Source: Isurus oxyrinchus (Eukaryota). From it: a DNA stretch of 64,000 bases. The stretch spans positions 33,418,001 to 33,482,000 of the forward strand of contig JANJGN010000026.1 in the NCBI GenBank assembly GCA_026770705.1, written 5' to 3'. The first letter of the stretch is position 1. Each line of letters starts with the position of its first letter. Both the position numbers and the translations under genes were made by a program. The notes below the pieces were generated by a model. That model saw only the letters and a list, made by a program, of their open reading frames with translations, did no database searches and was not told the DNA's origin. Below are positions 62,631 to 64,000 of the stretch, one piece after another.

Positions 62631-64000
62631 TGAGAAACACAGATGTGAAACTATCGGTTAACAGAGCTGCCGTTGTGAAGAATAAATACAAAGTAACAGG
62701 AGACATGTTTGCACAGAATTCGTGGCGGAATTGAGCAGGAGGGGCTGAAGTTGAAATTGCTTTAGTCAAGAATTGGGAAGAGATTGAGCCACTCTGCTGA
62801 TTGGTTTGGTCCTGGAAGCGTCATCAGTTCACAACCAAACATCTTAAAACTCATTTGTCTTCAATTAAACCGACGATCTCACAACTCCTTGGATCTCCAA
62901 TCCTTCGGCGAGGGGAGAAATGGACAAAGTGAATTTGTTCACCTCAAATCTGAGTACTGGGCGATGATTAAACCTAATGTTGGCCCTTTGACAGGTTTAA
63001 TCTGTAAGGCAAGGACAGAGAAGGAAAACAGTTCACATTGTTCTGGTAGGGAAGCCGGAGCCCCCAATCGAAGGAGCTGCCTCTCTGACTATGCGTACAG
63101 CCCGCTCCGGATGCAGACAGCCAGTGGGGACTGGGGCATTTAAATACAGCAAGGCGGTAAATAGAGAAATGCCGCATTTGAAATGAATTAAATGGTGAAA
63201 GGGAGGGAATTGGCTGTTTGATGGATTTTAGTAGAACGGGAGTGTGTGGACAACGTATTTGCTCAACAATCTTCGATTAACTGATCTTTAGCAATACTTA
63301 CAGGAAATGTATATTGAAAATAGCCAAGTTCACATGAATATATTTGTTAATTAACAGTACCACAGACATCCATTGGATGTTGATTTCCGAATTCAAAATT
63401 AAGCGATTAAAAAAAACAAGTCAAGCCTTCACACCCATAATCTCTCTCATCTAGAAGAACTAGTGCAGCAGATAGATGAGAACACCACCACCAGGAAGTT
63501 CCCCTCCAAATCACTCATCATCCTGATTTGGAAATATATCGCCGTTCCTTCACTGTTGCTGGGTTAAAATCCTGGAACTCCCTCCATAACAGCACTGTGG
63601 GTAAACCTATGCTGCATGGGCTGCAGCGGTTCAAGGAGGTAGTTCAACACCTCCTTCTCAAGGGCCATTAGGGACGGACAACAAATGCAGATCTGGCCAG
63701 CGTCACTGAACCTCAATAAATAATAAAAACTCTCAATCCATAATCCGTTTCGACCCAAACCACCAAATGAACCATCCTCCTCCTGCCATCTGGTGATGTG
63801 TGTTTGTAAACTTTATGAACAGAAAGTGGGCGACTCGGAGTGATGTGGGCCAATCAAAATCAGGCATAGCTGATATCGTTTTTTAAAAGGAAGAAATGAC
63901 AGACTTTCTAAATCACTGTTTAGTTGTGATCTTCACAACTGATCAGAGTTATTCCTGGCGTTGGCAGGAAGAACCGCTGTCGTGCATAGTGGTGGGAGTT

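Overview
Cartilaginous-fish (shark) genomic DNA from the variable region of the T-cell receptor alpha/delta locus. Almost all antigen-receptor segments lie on the minus strand, so the D/J/C segments are inferred to lie to the left of the window. The centrepiece is an apparently intact NAR-TCR cassette (43.8 to 39.3 kb, minus): leader, IgNAR-like V, 12/12-RSS D and 23-RSS J, which splices in frame to a leaderless supporting TCR-delta V with a CDR1 Cys. That supporting V is followed by a 62-bp-period tandem array of 23-RSS signals. Five conventional TCR V segments are all defective: one is inverted, and one has a deletion ending at its heptamer. Two GPR139-like class A GPCR genes (one intact, one pseudogene) are embedded in the V array, and there is a decayed V-J-type Ig exon near 61 kb. 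The rest is repeat-rich: a young Penelope-like element with an inverted partial copy and hammerhead-like motifs, CR1/L2 LINE fragments, an LTR with an env-like remnant, SINEs and 27/29/69-bp minisatellites. All calls come from manual reading of the sequence; no searches were run.
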